Of a DNA stretch of 64,000 nucleotides, positions 1 through 13,744 are shown one piece after another. A program made the translations under genes and the position numbers. Under the pieces are notes generated by a model, which saw only the letters and a list, made by a program, of their open reading frames with translations, did not search any database and was not told where the DNA came from. This DNA comes from Octopus sinensis (Eukaryota). The DNA lies in contig NC_043003.1 in the NCBI RefSeq assembly GCF_006345805.1, forward strand, positions 80,166,001 to 80,230,000, given 5' to 3'. Every line of letters begins with the position of its first letter. Positions within the stretch are counted from its first letter, which is position 1.

Positions 1-180
1 GACAACCGATGCTTGTGTGTGTATGTCCCCGTCACTTAGCGGTTCGGCAAAAGAGACCGATAGAATAAGTACTGGGCTTACAAAAAATAAGTCCCGGGGT
101 TGAGTTGCTCGATTAAAGGCGGTGCTCTAGCATGACCGCAGTCAAATGACTGAAACAAGTAACAGAGTAAAAAGAGTAAA
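1..180 (+). mobile_element. SINE family A (tRNA/CORE-type octopus SINE), 3' half truncated by the window edge
   Basis: Near-identical to the 3' half of the full copy at 42791-43205 (gacaaccgatgct...gaccgatagaataagtactgggctt...gtcaaatgactgaaacaagta). Confidence 0.85.
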
Positions 181-199
181 TACGAGAGAACGAGAGTAA

Positions 200-230
200 C
201 AAAGAGAGGGAGAGAGAGATAGAGAGATAG

Positions 231-309
<79 letters not shown>

Positions 310-350
310 CAGACAGATAGACAGATAGATAGAGAGAGAAATAGATAGAT

Positions 351-397
<47 letters not shown>
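200..397. repeat. (AG)n/(AGAT)n microsatellite
   Basis: Direct reading. Confidence 0.97.
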
Positions 398-402
<5 letters not shown>

Positions 403-1719
403 TAAGATTAATGAAATAATGAACAAATGTGTACTTTGCTATCGGAGCAAAATTTCTGTTCTAAGGTTAAGTAGAAAGGCGATAGCAATCTCGCTAAATT
501 GAAAATAATTACAAAAATTTGTTAATTTCAATATAAATTTGATATTGATTGTATTAATATTTGGTGACATTTTGCGAGTATAAAAAAATATTTTGAACGG
601 GGAGACTGAGTTGCTGTAAATCCAGTTTAATATCATGCAAATTATTGATGAAGAAAATGTCTAATATATGTCAAGAATTTGCCATTGAATACGAAAATAT
701 CAAATAGGTAAAAAAGAAAGAATGATGTTAGAACTCATCAAGTATTTAATTAAAAAAAAACAGAAAGATGTAAGTCCAATCAAATGACACTTTAATCATA
801 ATTGCATATATATTTTTTGGAAATTTAAAATATATTGAAGAGAAAACCAAAGACTTTTGAATTAAATATGAAATAACTCAACTGTTCATAGTGGAGGCAG
901 TATTTAATACGTCGTCTTGAAAATTCTTTAAGAAGATTGGTTTTGAAGACTCTTAGAAAAAAATTATTTAGAAATATTAAAGATTTTCAAGAATAAATTC
1001 ATATCAACAGTGAAGTGAAAAAAATGAGTTGAAGAATATTGAAATTTAATAAATTATGAAAGAGAGAAGACAGTTAAATAGATTTTCGTACTTTTTGTAA
1101 GCGAGTGTGGATTATTTAAACAAATATAATGAATTATAACTAATTTCGCAAGTATTTTTTTTATTCACATTATTATTTATTTACAAAAATTTTAGATCAT
1201 TGATTACGCTGAAGTCTAGAATGTCTGATGTTTGCACCTACGATGTTTCTGAAACGTTCACACTGAATATTCAAAAATTCAACACAGATAGATTAATACA
1301 TTATTAAAGACTTAATTGTATTATTGTATTAACAAGCACACAGGCGCCCATATACACACAGGGATGTTTATGTGAGTGTGCACAAATATATTTATGTAAC
1401 TGGTATATCTGGATGAGTAGGGACGTTAACAAGCAAAGAAACCTGGCTGTAAATATCTACTGTGTCACTTTAATTAACAGTTTCAAGGAAAAGAAACAGA
1501 GGTTCGGTAAAAGAGATATGAAGTTAAACGAATATATATATATAGTTAAATGGATAAGTAGATAGATAGATCGATAATTAGATAGATTATATATATATAT
1601 AAATATATATCCTTAAATCCTTAAAAATGTTTGTTTCGCAAGATTCTTGATGTGAAATCGTGTGTTGAAAGAGATATTGTTGTATTTAGGAATGGTCATG
1701 TTTCCAGTTTAGTCAATAA

Positions 1720-1773
<54 letters not shown>

Positions 1774-1842
1774 TCTGATTAAATTTTCAATTCAACAACA
1801 AGTAAATCCTTGCAACAATGTAACCTTTAATTTAATCAGGAT

Positions 1843-1936
1843 ATCCTTGGCCTGATGAGTAGCCGGTAGTAGAAACCCCGCTTGGATTTTTACCACTTCT
1901 GAGGTTCCGCCGGCTATGAAACATATGTAGCCGGAT
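1843..1936 (+). ncRNA. Type I hammerhead ribozyme motif (Penelope/retrozyme-like)
   Basis: Stem I AUCC-uu-GGC (1843-1851) pairs with GCC-GGAU (1930-1936). Core CUGAUGA 1852-1858. Stem II GUAGCCGG/CCGGCUAU (1859-1866/1910-1917). GAAAC 1918-1922. Palindromic stem III ACAUAUGU. GUA cleavage triplet 1927-1929. Confidence 0.75.
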
Positions 1937-4144
1937 CTTACCTACTGTATTCCGTAACTTTTGTACACACGCACACACACACACACACACGCACGCACAC
2001 ACACACACATAAACACACACACATGCACACACAAATGGTAATTGCATTGATAATAATCCTTCATTGAAGAAATGTTTTACCAGTATGAACGGCCTCTTCA
2101 ATTTACAAGTTAATAAACTGATTATGTATCACCCTAGTATAATAAAATTTGATAATTATTAAAATCATAACGTAAATAAAAATTTTCATGGAAGCGCTGA
2201 GAATAATTTCAATCGAAGCGCAGATAATAATTCTAAACAAGGGATTGATAACATGTATAATAATTCAATTTCATCGTCTCGAGAGTTGATACTATAAAGT
2301 ATGAATAAAACTTTACCAAAATGTGTTGCCTTCAACCAGTCTTAGAAATCAATATTAAACGGTTAGTTATTTCTAATGCATAAAAGTGTATTAGCAACGA
2401 TTTATAATATAAAGCTTCAGAATACATTTGTTTATTACCATGGTATGTATATTGAACCGTTCGACAATGTGGATATTCGTATTCGGTCAAATGTCAAACT
2501 AAATATTGAAATGACGTGTATGTGGCTGTATATTTTCCAGAAAAGTGTATCCTACATGTAATCGCCTGTTTCATTCATAGCGTATGGGCCGATGAGACGC
2601 TATAGAAAATTACATAAATGGCACTTTCTCAAGGTTCAACACTGGGACCCAACCCTAGACGTTGAGAAGTAAACTTCTAAAAAAATATACATACATACAT
2701 ACTGCAGTTTCTCCATCCAGATTATAAGTTCAGGTTTATGCCTATGATTATTGGGGCACGGTGATATATAACATACTTCCTAAATACTAATCTCGAGAAA
2801 ATATGATTCTCAAAACCAGAATTCAGAAAAGTGATTTGACGACTAAAGATCCAGTCCATCATTGGAACTGTAGTAATTTTAAAAACTTTCCAGAAGTTTT
2901 TCACTTATATATATATATATATGAACATTTATAGATATGCAACTATATGCATGAGAATACACACATAAAACAAAACATACGAATCTGCACGTATACATGC
3001 ATACAAAAATGACCTGTTGTTGAAATTTCAATGATGGATCCTTGAATCTAGGTTAGAAAAGGGATATTTTTCTATTGGCAAGAAATCTTCAAATAAAACT
3101 GAACACACACACATGTGCGCGTATTTGTATGTGTATATGTGTGTGTGTGTGCGTACCTTTATTTCAACCTGAAGAAACTACAGACTGACCTAAGCCATTT
3201 ATACCCACACACGCACATGCATATATTTGTCGAAGCTTCCCATTCCCTTTGTGAATACTTTGGCATCTTTCACTTCTTCCGTCTATCATTTACCATCACT
3301 CCAGCCATAACATGACTTGACCAAAAAACATTCCGGTTTCAGAATTTTAGCTTCTCTAATCTATGTCCATCGACTTAATCGCTTTTAATGTTACGCTCGT
3401 TATTTTTCAAATTATTTATTGCACCTTATTTTACAACTTGCTTATGCTCTCACAAAAATACAAGATTTATTTTGCGCCAACACATTCCAGTTGAGATTTA
3501 TAAACTAAATTCCGACAACCTTCTTGCTGCTCTTCCTTTTCAGACTGCTGAATCACACACAAGCACTGACATAAAACGCTTTTCAAATTCCGAACGCGTT
3601 CAACCGCTCCATATTACCCTACATCATATATTCAACAAACTTATCTACTCCTACATTCGCTCACACAGCCTCAAAAATGCACTTGCATATTTACGACACC
3701 AACTAAAACCAAGGAATTTACACGCTTAGAATCACCAATCCATATACATACACTCATATTTATATACATACATGCATCCCAGGATATAGATACGTAAAAG
3801 CTACCCATATTCCTGCTACAATGTATACATATACTCTCTCACGTGAAACTAAACATCCACCCCATCCCATATTTTGACACATCGCATATCTCTTGGTTTC
3901 CAAGCCTTCATGTAACTGTACCAAATATTTTATCGTTTTCACCCAAATATGTTATCGTTATATTTTGTCTCACAATGAATCTCTATTTTGTCTTCTATCC
4001 TTATATTGCCCTTCATCTCGTTCCGCAGAAGATCTAACATCTAAAACTTCAAAACATGCCATTCCCCTTTCGACCATTGAACTAAGAACGTATGATGCGA
4101 CGTAGTTCTTATCAAGATTCCTTTTTTTCACTTCAGTTTACATT

Positions 4145-4163
4145 GAATCACCTGTTGCTTCTG

Positions 4164-4237
<74 letters not shown>

Positions 4238-4416
4238 CATACATATATATGGATATGGATATATGCACACACGCACACTGATACGAACAGACACAGGCAC
4301 ACACATACACACACATAGACGTCACTACATTTTTAACTGTACATCTATAATAACATAGCCACCTGACACATCTATCTATCTGTCTATCTATCTATCTATC
4401 TATCTGTCTATCTATC

Positions 4417-4447
<31 letters not shown>

Positions 4448-4480
4448 CTATCTGTCTGTCTATCTGTCTGTTTGTCTATC
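4145..4480. repeat. (TA)n, (CA)n and (TCTA)n microsatellites
   Basis: Direct reading. Confidence 0.95.
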
Positions 4481-5249
4481 TTTCTGCCAATCTATCTGTG
4501 TTCGGCACGCCATTTCACTTCAGCTATAGCTTACTTCAGTAGCAAAATTCTACTGAGAGAAAGATAAACCAGTTAAAAAGAAGGCTTTCAGTTGGATCAA
4601 CAAGTAAACGTGTCTCGCTGTCTTACCATATTGACAGTAATACTATCGGGGCTTTCTTAAGACTTCAAAATAAAAAGGAAAATTTGTGAAATATCTTAAG
4701 AGGTTTTAATGCGTTTATTTAGCTCAATACGAATCTCTATCCATTATCATATCCTTAAATCGGCGGTGATTTGGTCTGGAAATAACCTGCAGCAGTTGAC
4801 AGTTGACTGATAGCAAAATTAAGCTGCCAACGCATGCATGCATGTAACTGGGGATAACATGTAAACTTATATTCCCACTGAAATTCCGAACATGAATTCT
4901 ACCCCTCAACAATGAATATCAACTGTGACAAAAGTGTCCGCGCTGTCCGGCGCACTTTGTCAAGGCGGATATTTGTGCTGCAGCCAGAAGCATTACTTTG
5001 CATGAGTGAATGTTAGGGCTGATCGTAGTGTATGGGCAGTATTCGTGACAGAGTGAACTCGTTGGCTGGAGTTAGCTCAACCCATCTGCCACAAGTACAA
5101 GTAAGTACAATTTGCTGGTTTACGTTTTGACTAATTTTGCGTAGTATTTAAACTACCTGGCGATATTCGAGCGTGTGCGTGCGTGTGCGTGCGTGCTCCA
5201 TAGATGTTGGTCAGCTATTCCAAAAATAAAAGTACGAAAATAATAGCAA

Positions 5250-5650
5250 TGCTGCAGTTTGGGGAAAGGGGACTAGTCAATCACATCGACCTCAGTACTC
5301 AACTGGTACTTATTTCATCGAGCCTAAAATAATGAAAGACAAAGATGACCTTGGTAGAATTTGAACCCATAATGTAGAGGCGGACGAAATATCATTAAGC
5401 ATCTCGCCCGGCGTGCTAACGACTCTCCCAGCTCACCAACTTAAGAAAGCCTGTAATGATAATTTCAAATTTCACCTCAAGGTCACACATTTCCATGGGG
5501 TGGGAGATAATTTTATTACATTGACCCCAGTGCTCAACTGATACTTATTTTATTGACATAGGCGGAGTTTGAACTCAGAATATAAAATCGCATGAAATGT
5601 CATTAAGCATTTGACCCGGCGTGCTAACGTTTCTGCCAGCTCACCGCATT
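5250..5650 (-). mobile_element. Two adjacent diverged SINE family B copies
   Basis: Each has ggtgagctgg...gttagcacgccggg...aaatg head and the gtcga...aaataagtaccagttgag core on the minus strand. Confidence 0.75.
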
Positions 5651-8344
5651 AATGAGCCCTATAATAACAACACGTGTTCTTACGTGGAATTCTTAAAGAT
5701 TAATACATAAATAACTAAAATCTTAAGGTTCATAGCCGCACCTAAGAAAGAAACATAACATAAGTAATATGTACACACATTACATATAGTAGTTTCAATA
5801 AACTAGAAAACTCCTCAACACTTTCCAAACCATATAGGGCTGCACTAAGTTCTAAACCGAAAGCTCATGATATAAAATTTTAAAACTCATAACATGAAAA
5901 ATTGCTTTGTTAAGAAGTATCAACTTCAAAGTTGCATTTAAATTTTATACTATCTCTCTGACATCTAACAATAAGCATCTTGAAAACCAGATATAACCCC
6001 AAATGCTAGGTATAATGACATTTCATCATGTGATCACTGGATAACCAAATTTAGTCAAAGCAGACAACGTAAATCGATACAATAAAGTTGGCTTCTATGT
6101 CCATCTGGCAACATGAAGAGACAATTCAGCTACGTCTGATATAAAGTCGTTAATGAATCAATTGCTAGACATATGAGTACATCATTCTGATGATTTTTCC
6201 ACCAATACAAACTGGTCTATTGTTGCTACATAAATAAATGTTTCAGGGCTAATAAAATACAATTTTTCAATTGCTAAATAGTCGGTTGCACACTATTACA
6301 AGAGATTGATAAGTTTTATATAGAGTAACTTGCCTATGAGAATATAAAAAAAAGAGTATAAAGAAAACTCAGGAAACGTGTGATGTAAATTAACAACACT
6401 GAATCAGAACGAAAGCCCCACAAGGACTTCCAATGAGTATAACCTACGTAAGGCTTAATTCGTCAAAACCCAAACATTATACGAAGTATTTGTGCCTTGA
6501 TATCTGATTTTGCCTGATATCTGATTTTGTTGTTATGCTTCAAGTCGTGTCTGATTAGCTGGCCTACAATAACAGGCATTCTATTGTGACTATTGCGTCA
6601 TTCATATTAGTTATAGCATATCACAAACTACACTATCCGATGTAAATTTGAAGATGGATAAATGTAGTTTAAAAAAAGAATGGCTATTATTACGAGATAG
6701 TATGTCAATCTAGAGGCTCCTTCGTAATCAGAAACAGCAATCAGCAGCCAGGAACAGCGAAAAAAAAAATTCTTTACTCTTGGCAGAAACATCTCAAAGA
6801 AAGACAACCTTGGATAAATCGCAGGCAATAGCTAGGCTCTACTTTAATTTATTGTTCCAGTTGTTTGAGAGGAAATTTAACATTAGCCAGATTTGAATTC
6901 AAATTAGTAAAATACTCCACAGGATTTTGACCGACTTTCTACGGATTATGCCACTTCATTTTTTTAATATTTATAATAAGGATTTCTAATATTGGCACAT
7001 TGTCATATAATTTGTAGATGAGTAGAGGCCATTGAATTTTCGATGAAATACTATTTTATCCACTCAAAAATACATTTGCAAATCAGCTTCAGTAAGAAAG
7101 AAAAGGGAGGGATCAGCATGGTTCAAATGGCGGTTATATGTCACAAAAATGCAAAGTATAACGTTTCGTAACGTACATTTCATCGGAGAGAGAAGTATTA
7201 GCAGATGTTGAAAAAAATACATCGGAATGAGGATGATAAAAAGGAGGGAAGCAACAGAGACTTATTATGTCAGGTGTTTTATATTTTTGATCATACCTCA
7301 AAATCCCGAAATTTTGCCACAATGAAATGTCGTCACTCATCTCGTTGTTCTTTATGTTTCATATTGAGCAATAAACCAACAATTCCTTTTCTTGTTTAAC
7401 TGTTTGTCACATGTTAGGTTTCATATCTCAGAACAGTTACATCTATAATAGCTTATATCTAAAAAAAAGAAAAGCAGAAAAGAAAAGAACGACTTGAGTT
7501 TTACTTTGCTCAAATATTGTGGCATGCGTTTTCATAATGCTTCCATTTTGCCAATACATTCCAATAAACCTTAACTTAAGACGGATGGCAGGCGAAAATT
7601 GCTATTTATTGGCCAATCCGTCATTTATTATTGATGGTTCCAACTCTCTAAACAATCGTAGCCATTTATCGAATTCAACTACTTGCCGTAAACATGCATT
7701 TTCTTGAAATTGGTCGGAATTTGCTGCAAGCGTTAAAGGAAACCATTATTAAGATGCTAACATTATGATTTCTCTTGAAGGTTTCTATATTTGTGAAACA
7801 AGGCGTTCACTTGAATTCCTTATAAACTTTCGTAGATTTAATATAAATCATATGTATGGTTTACATATTCTCATTATGCATTAGGACAGTGCACGCAGTT
7901 TTTATTTGTTTTTGACCAAAAAATCAATACCACTTTCACTGTTTCGTTCTCTTGTGTTTTTCGAATCTTTATCTCAATAAATGTTCGATTTTGTTTTTAC
8001 TTTAGTGTCATATACTGCTACTCTTCAGTCGAAAACATCTGTGTTTGCATGTGCTCTTATATTGACAAAAATTTAAAATTTAAATTATAGAGTAGATGTA
8101 AGTTGGGATTATTTCTTTACATACTCAAAATGAACTCAAGCTGTTCTATGCTACTGAAATAAAATGTCTCTTCCTTGTACTGGCATGTTTCATTATATGT
8201 ATATAAGGGAAAAGAAACATAAGATTTCCATAAGTTTCTGCTGTAAAGTTTGTATCTAGTGACAAAATATCCCTTTCAAATTATCCCTTATCCAAGGCAT
8301 TGTAGCAAACGTAGAAAGGCAACTGTTTGTATATAGACACTGAT

Positions 8345-8557
8345 ATTGGTTTCAAATTTTGGCACAAGGCCATCAGTTTAGAAGGATGGGGTAAGTTAAT
8401 TGCATCGATCCAAATGCTCAAACGGTACTTATTTTATCGACCCCGAAAGGATGAACGGCAAAGTCGACCTCGACGGAATTTGAACTCAGAAAGTAAAGAC
8501 GGACGAAATGCTGCTAAGCATTTGACCCGGCGTGTTAACGATTCCGCCAATTCGCGG
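8345..8557 (-). mobile_element. SINE family B
   Basis: Plus strand ttttatcgaccccgaaaggatgaacggcaaagtcgacctcgacggaatttgaactcagaa matches the other copies. Confidence 0.85.
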
Positions 8558-9189
8558 CCTAATATATGGACACTGATATTAATATCCATGAAGGCGCAGC
8601 CAAATATTCACACTGATGACTGTGTGTGTAATAGGGAAATTATCAATAAACGAAAGAAAAACAATATGCAGATTGTAAATAAATAGACAAATAAATAAAT
8701 AAGTAAAACGTAGCGTGTATATATGTAACTCACCAAACTTGGCAATACTCTTGTTTCAATCGATCTAAAGGAAAAATATGATATTATCTGGAAAAGACTA
8801 AATGAATATTTTGCGCTAAACTTATACGATATTCATTAACCAAGCAACAAAACAATGCCTTCTGTAGATTCCAGTTAAGTCAATGGTGAAATTGATAATT
8901 ATATTAATTGATCCTAATCTTCAAACCACAGAGAGTGTGCGTGAAGAATACTTGTGCGTTTGATCGTTATCAAACTACGAGATTTAATTAATTATTCGCT
9001 TCGCTGCTACCCGTGAGAAATATTGATCGACTGGCAACTGGTGCAATCGAACAATCAAGGCTGGAACGACTATAAAACTTTGCATACCAGAACCGTTACT
9101 GACAACCGAATCCTTAGAATTAAATAATAATCTAGTCAATTAAATCATTTGGACACGCCCGTCCCTTCACCGAATATACGCATAACACG

Positions 9190-9425
<236 letters not shown>

Positions 9426-9793
9426 TGTGCTTTTTTCGATATTTATGTGATCAAACAGACCTAATAATGTTCTTATCCTGTGTCCCAGATCCAGAAAAAT
9501 CCAAGCGTTTATTGCATATCCATGATCCATATATTGACAAGTACTAATATTTCAGAATATGTTTACTTTGTGGTGGTAAATAGGAATTAGACAGGATTAA
9601 TTACCACTTTGATTCGTAAAATTGAATTCACGTTAATCTAATGATTATTTACAAAAGTCAACGAAGGAAATAAGTACGATTTCACGTTGACGTTGAAATT
9701 AGGAAACATATATATAGATTGATTAGGATTTATTAGAAAAGTACAAAGTCATAGCACCTTGGGGAGAGAGATTATTGTAAGTTTATCCATCTA

Positions 9794-10122
9794 GGCGCAG
9801 GCGTGGCTGTGTGATAAGAAGTTTGGTTCGCAACTACATGGTGCCAAATTCAATCCCACTGCATGGCATTTTGGAAAGGTATCTCCTATAATAGCGACTG
9901 GCCAATCAAAACCTCGACAGTGGATTTAGTGGCCGAATACCGAAAAGGCAAGGCTGTGGTATAACTGAAAAGATGGTGGCGTGGATTTCCACCTCGGCAG
10001 CCGAAACTTGGAGTTTTATCATGGCGACCGAATAATTGTCACATATTACATTTACAGATAAATTCCTTTACATAATATCAAGGTCTCTTTCTTTCTGTTG
10101 TTGTTTTACCATTTCATCAATA

Positions 10123-10208
<86 letters not shown>

Positions 10209-10430
10209 ATCTGTGGTTGTTCTCTACCACTGTCTGACGAACCGTTGTTGATGTGCTTACGACTCGTAAATTAGCGTTTCGGCAAAGCAGACCCATAGAA
10301 TAAGGGGACCAGGCTTTAAAAAACGGTACTAGGATTGATTTATTCGACTAAAACATTCTTCATGGCGGTACTGCAGCATGGCCGCAGTTTGATGACTGAA
10401 ACAAGTAAAAGATACAAGAAAATATATCTA
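9794..10430 (+). mobile_element. Old, interrupted SINE family A copy
   Basis: Head ggcgcaggcgtggctgtgtg at 9794 and tail gcatggccgcag...gactgaaacaagtaaaaga near 10420, with an internal microsatellite. Confidence 0.65.
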
Positions 10431-11079
10431 CTTCCTCTGCTCGCTATTGGTAGGAAGTTCCCGGAAGACATTCCATATGTTCCTGTCGGAAGAACCGTCA
10501 CTACATTTTCTAGCTGGACTCCCAGTGAATGAAACAAGAAAAAGATGAAAGATAGTTAAAAGGATTGATTTATTATTAGCTAATTGAAATACTAGAAGCA
10601 AAATATGTGGATATACTGAAGATATTACCAGTTATTTTCGCAAACCAGCGAGACACATTCATATCCAATTATCTTTTAATGAATCAGATAAAAATATCGT
10701 TGCCTAGCATTAATTATAAATCAAGTTTTTTTTTTCATTTTACTTAAATCATTTTAATTACTGAATATTATCTGTCGGAAAGCTACCGATGAAGAAAAAA
10801 ATCAAATCGAATGGATGTGAACAGAATTTCCGACAATTTTCACAGGCATAAATTTAGATTCATGAAACCAAACCTAACAGGGAAAAACCAGAGACCAAAA
10901 GAGAATCTCTCGATATTTTGCTAAAGATTAAATTAACTGAAAAGAAATATCTGAAGGAACAGAAATTAATCTGAAGTATTTTTCTCAATTTATCTGTAAA
11001 CTCAATCCATATACAAATATATGCCCCAGCAAATTTAACGCAATTAAATGAATATCTTGCTATGTGAGTGTATTTGCAT

Positions 11080-11200
11080 ATAGATTTCAGGAGGACGATT
11101 GGGATCACGTGGATGAGAAAGGCGCGATCCAGAGAGTAGTGGACAGCGTGCTGTGACCAGCAGTGTCAAATGGATGCCCGACGGACTGGTCGGTCAAGGT
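11080..11200 (+). mobile_element. 3' terminal remnant of an RTE-like LINE
   Basis: Translation ITWMRKARSRE*WTACCDQ resembles RTE C-termini (W..AQDR..W). Followed by ggtcaaggtgaaggtga and (TA)n. Confidence 0.4.
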
Positions 11201-11499
11201 GAAGGTGATATATATATATATATATATTTATGTGATTGCCAGTAACACATTTATGTGTCACGCTCGTGTCTTTGGCTGCCTTATACGTTAATATTCGTTA
11301 ATAGATAGACATGATTGTACATATAAAATCATGCCAATCTCTACACGATCATAATAGAGAAGCAGATATTTACTGATGGACATATTGCATAACACATTTC
11401 ATGCAAACGATGTAATCATTCCATTTCACAGTCTATCTATGATATTTTACAGCTTTGGATAGGTGGAGAGGAGCAATTGCATAATTAGTATAATATATA

Positions 11500-11700
11500 T
11501 TACAGAGATGTACTTGCATAACAAGTGACCTGATCTGAGATGATGTGCTAAAACAAAAACAATTGCAGCGTGAAAGGTGTTTAAAAGCCATTTAAAAACG
11601 CAACAAAACTGTTGGATTCACTTCAACATTTAAATTTAATTTTTCATAATATTTTCGTCACTTTGAATCCGCGACCTGGTTACTGACAAAAGTTCGTGTG
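11500..11700. mobile_element. Possible half of a long-TIR MITE-like repeat
   Basis: ttacagagatgtacttgcataacaagtgacctgatctgaga start resembles, from memory, a common octopus inverted-repeat element. The second arm is absent here. Confidence 0.3.
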
Positions 11701-11724
11701 AATGTATATATATATATATATCTT

Positions 11725-11949
11725 TACTACCCGCAAGGGGTTAAACATAGAGGGGACACACAAGGACAGACAAACGGATTAAGTCGATTACATCGACACC
11801 AGTGCGTAACTGGTACTTAATTTATCGACCCCGAAAGGATGAAAAGCAAAGGCAACCTCGGCGGAATTTGAACTCAGAACGTAACGGCAGACGAAATACG
11901 GCTACGCATTTCGCCCGGTGTGCTAACGTTTCTGCCAGCTCACCGCCCT
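11725..11949 (-). mobile_element. SINE family B, near full length
   Basis: Head ggcggtgagctggcagaaacgttagc, conserved core, and tail gtttgtctgtccttgtg...ccccttgcgggtagtaaaga. Matches 28110-28345. Confidence 0.9.
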
Positions 11950-12169
11950 AATATATATATTCAGTGTTTGTACTTGGTTTGCAAGAGTTTGTTCCCCTTC
12001 AGAGCTTTCCTAAATCTCTATGGCCTGTGGTCTCTTCAAACATCGCTCTTTGATATTTGTTGGGCGTATGCTATCTGTTCACACTCTTTTCTTTGTCACA
12101 AACTCTCTGTATCCTATCCTAGTCTTTACCTCTGTATTTAGGGCAGGCACCACTTGTTTCATTACATAT

Positions 12170-12475
12170 AATGCTATCAAAACTCTTATAATCGCCTGTA
12201 TACCCGAATCCTATATTTCTGGTCATATCCAGAGAATTGGTTTAGGAAAGCTCTGAAGGAGACGAAACTCAACATTAAGATCGTTGAACAGCCAGGGACA
12301 TCCATCAGATCACGATTATGTAGGATGTACCCCTTTGAGCATGCGACATTCACCAATGAAAAGTGCATGGTAACCCTGGCCTTAACAGTACAACTAGTAA
12401 TGTAGTCTACATCATAAAGAGCATAGAGGGTGCTTGTAAAGACAAGAACAGGACATAGTGCTTATGTCGGAGTTT
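12170..12475 (+). mobile_element. Penelope-like element fragment (linker plus GIY-YIG endonuclease start), frameshifted
   Basis: Conceptual translation KALKETKLNIKIVEQPGTSIRSRLCRMYPFEHATFTNEKCMV, then after a frameshift TTSNVVYIIK..EGACKDKN...YVG, i.e. the PLE NVVY.I.C..C...YVG pattern. Confidence 0.7.
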
Positions 12476-12750
12476 TCCCCAATCATACCCAAAATTTCAG
12501 GCTTCTTTTTTGCTTGGTGTTCATCGTTCGTTCCTCAGGGCTCATAGCTGAACGACCTGCAAAAGAGGTGTAAGCAAAAGCATGTAAAAAAAATATGCAA
12601 TCGTTGCAGAAAGATGTGATAACAGTTTTATACGCCCAAGATATTGTGTTAGATGATAATACAATCTGCTTATCCTTCTTTCGCCCAGAGCTCACACAGC
12701 ACACCATTCCCGTTACATATTTGTGTGTGTGTGTGTGTGTGTGTGTATGA

Positions 12751-12792
<42 letters not shown>

Positions 12793-13156
12793 TTTACTTG
12801 TTTCAATATTAGATTGACATGGTCAGATATGTGATAGCACTACAAACAGTGATCGCGTGCAAACAGTATTGAAGAACATATGCGCACTTACTCTACACTA
12901 AACACAATTTTGTACTCCGCTTGTGCGTATAATGCCAAATAGCTGACTGCATACACAACAATTCGTTTATTTATCTCAAACACAAACATAAATATATGTA
13001 GGAATATATATATATATATATTATATATATATATATCACAATCAAGGAACGGCCATAATAGGCCATTCACCCACTAGAAATAACAGCCAAAGCTTCAACC
13101 GCAAATAAACATCAATTCCGTAAACCAGGAGAAAATTAAAAAACATTTACCCTGTA

Positions 13157-13263
13157 ATTTCTTATACGATGCACCGTTTCATCTACTGTTTAATGGTAAA
13201 CTAACCTGATTAAATTAAATCAAGCCAATCTTCCATAGGCCCTTAGAATCATCAGTAAGAAAT
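13157..13263 (-). ncRNA. Type I hammerhead ribozyme motif
   Basis: Reverse complement: AUUUCUUA, CUGAUGA, uUCUA...UAGAu, GAAAC ggugcauc GUA, UAAGAAAU. 8-bp stem I and near-palindromic stem III; U-U mismatch at the base of stem II. Confidence 0.7.
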
Positions 13264-13639
13264 AGCCAAGTCGGAACAGATATTTTCACGAGGCATTTCC
13301 GCCCCTGCCTCGGCAATATCTGACCTAAAATTTTCAAATCATCGCACTCGCGCCAAATTATCGGCAGCAAATAAATATAAGCCGCCGATTCCATTACGGA
13401 ACTAACCAGAAAATTCATAATTAATCAATATAGGGTGGCAAAAAATTTTGTAAAATTTTTTGCCACCAGCGGCCTAGTGGGAAAAAATTAAATAGTCATA
13501 GACCATTTTAAGTTCAACATCACAATCAAGAACGGCATAATAGGCCATTCACCACTAGAAATAACAGCCAAAGCTTCAACCGCAAATAAACATCAATTCC
13601 GTAAACCATTCCGTAAACAATATCTGTTCCGACTTGGCT

Positions 13640-13744
13640 ATTTCTTACTGATGATTCTAAGGCCTATGGAGATTGGCTTGATTTAATTTAATCAGGTTAG
13701 TTCACCATTAAACAGTAGATGAAACGGTGCATCGTATAAGAAAT
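13640..13744 (+). ncRNA. Type I hammerhead ribozyme motif (inverted copy)
   Basis: Stem I 13640-13647/13737-13744, CUGAUGA 13648-13654, GAAAC 13721-13725, GUA 13734-13736. Confidence 0.7.

Noticed and set aside
3020-3075. caatgatggatccttgaatctaggttagaaaaggg, a possible decayed HHR
   Set aside because: Core too degenerate to support from this copy alone.
3388-3729. 113-aa ORF in C/A-rich sequence
   Set aside because: No recognisable domain; at best a very old LINE remnant, which I cannot support.
12485-12545. Minus-strand CUGAGGA...GAAA next to the Penelope fragment
   Set aside because: No stem II, and antisense to the PLE ORF.
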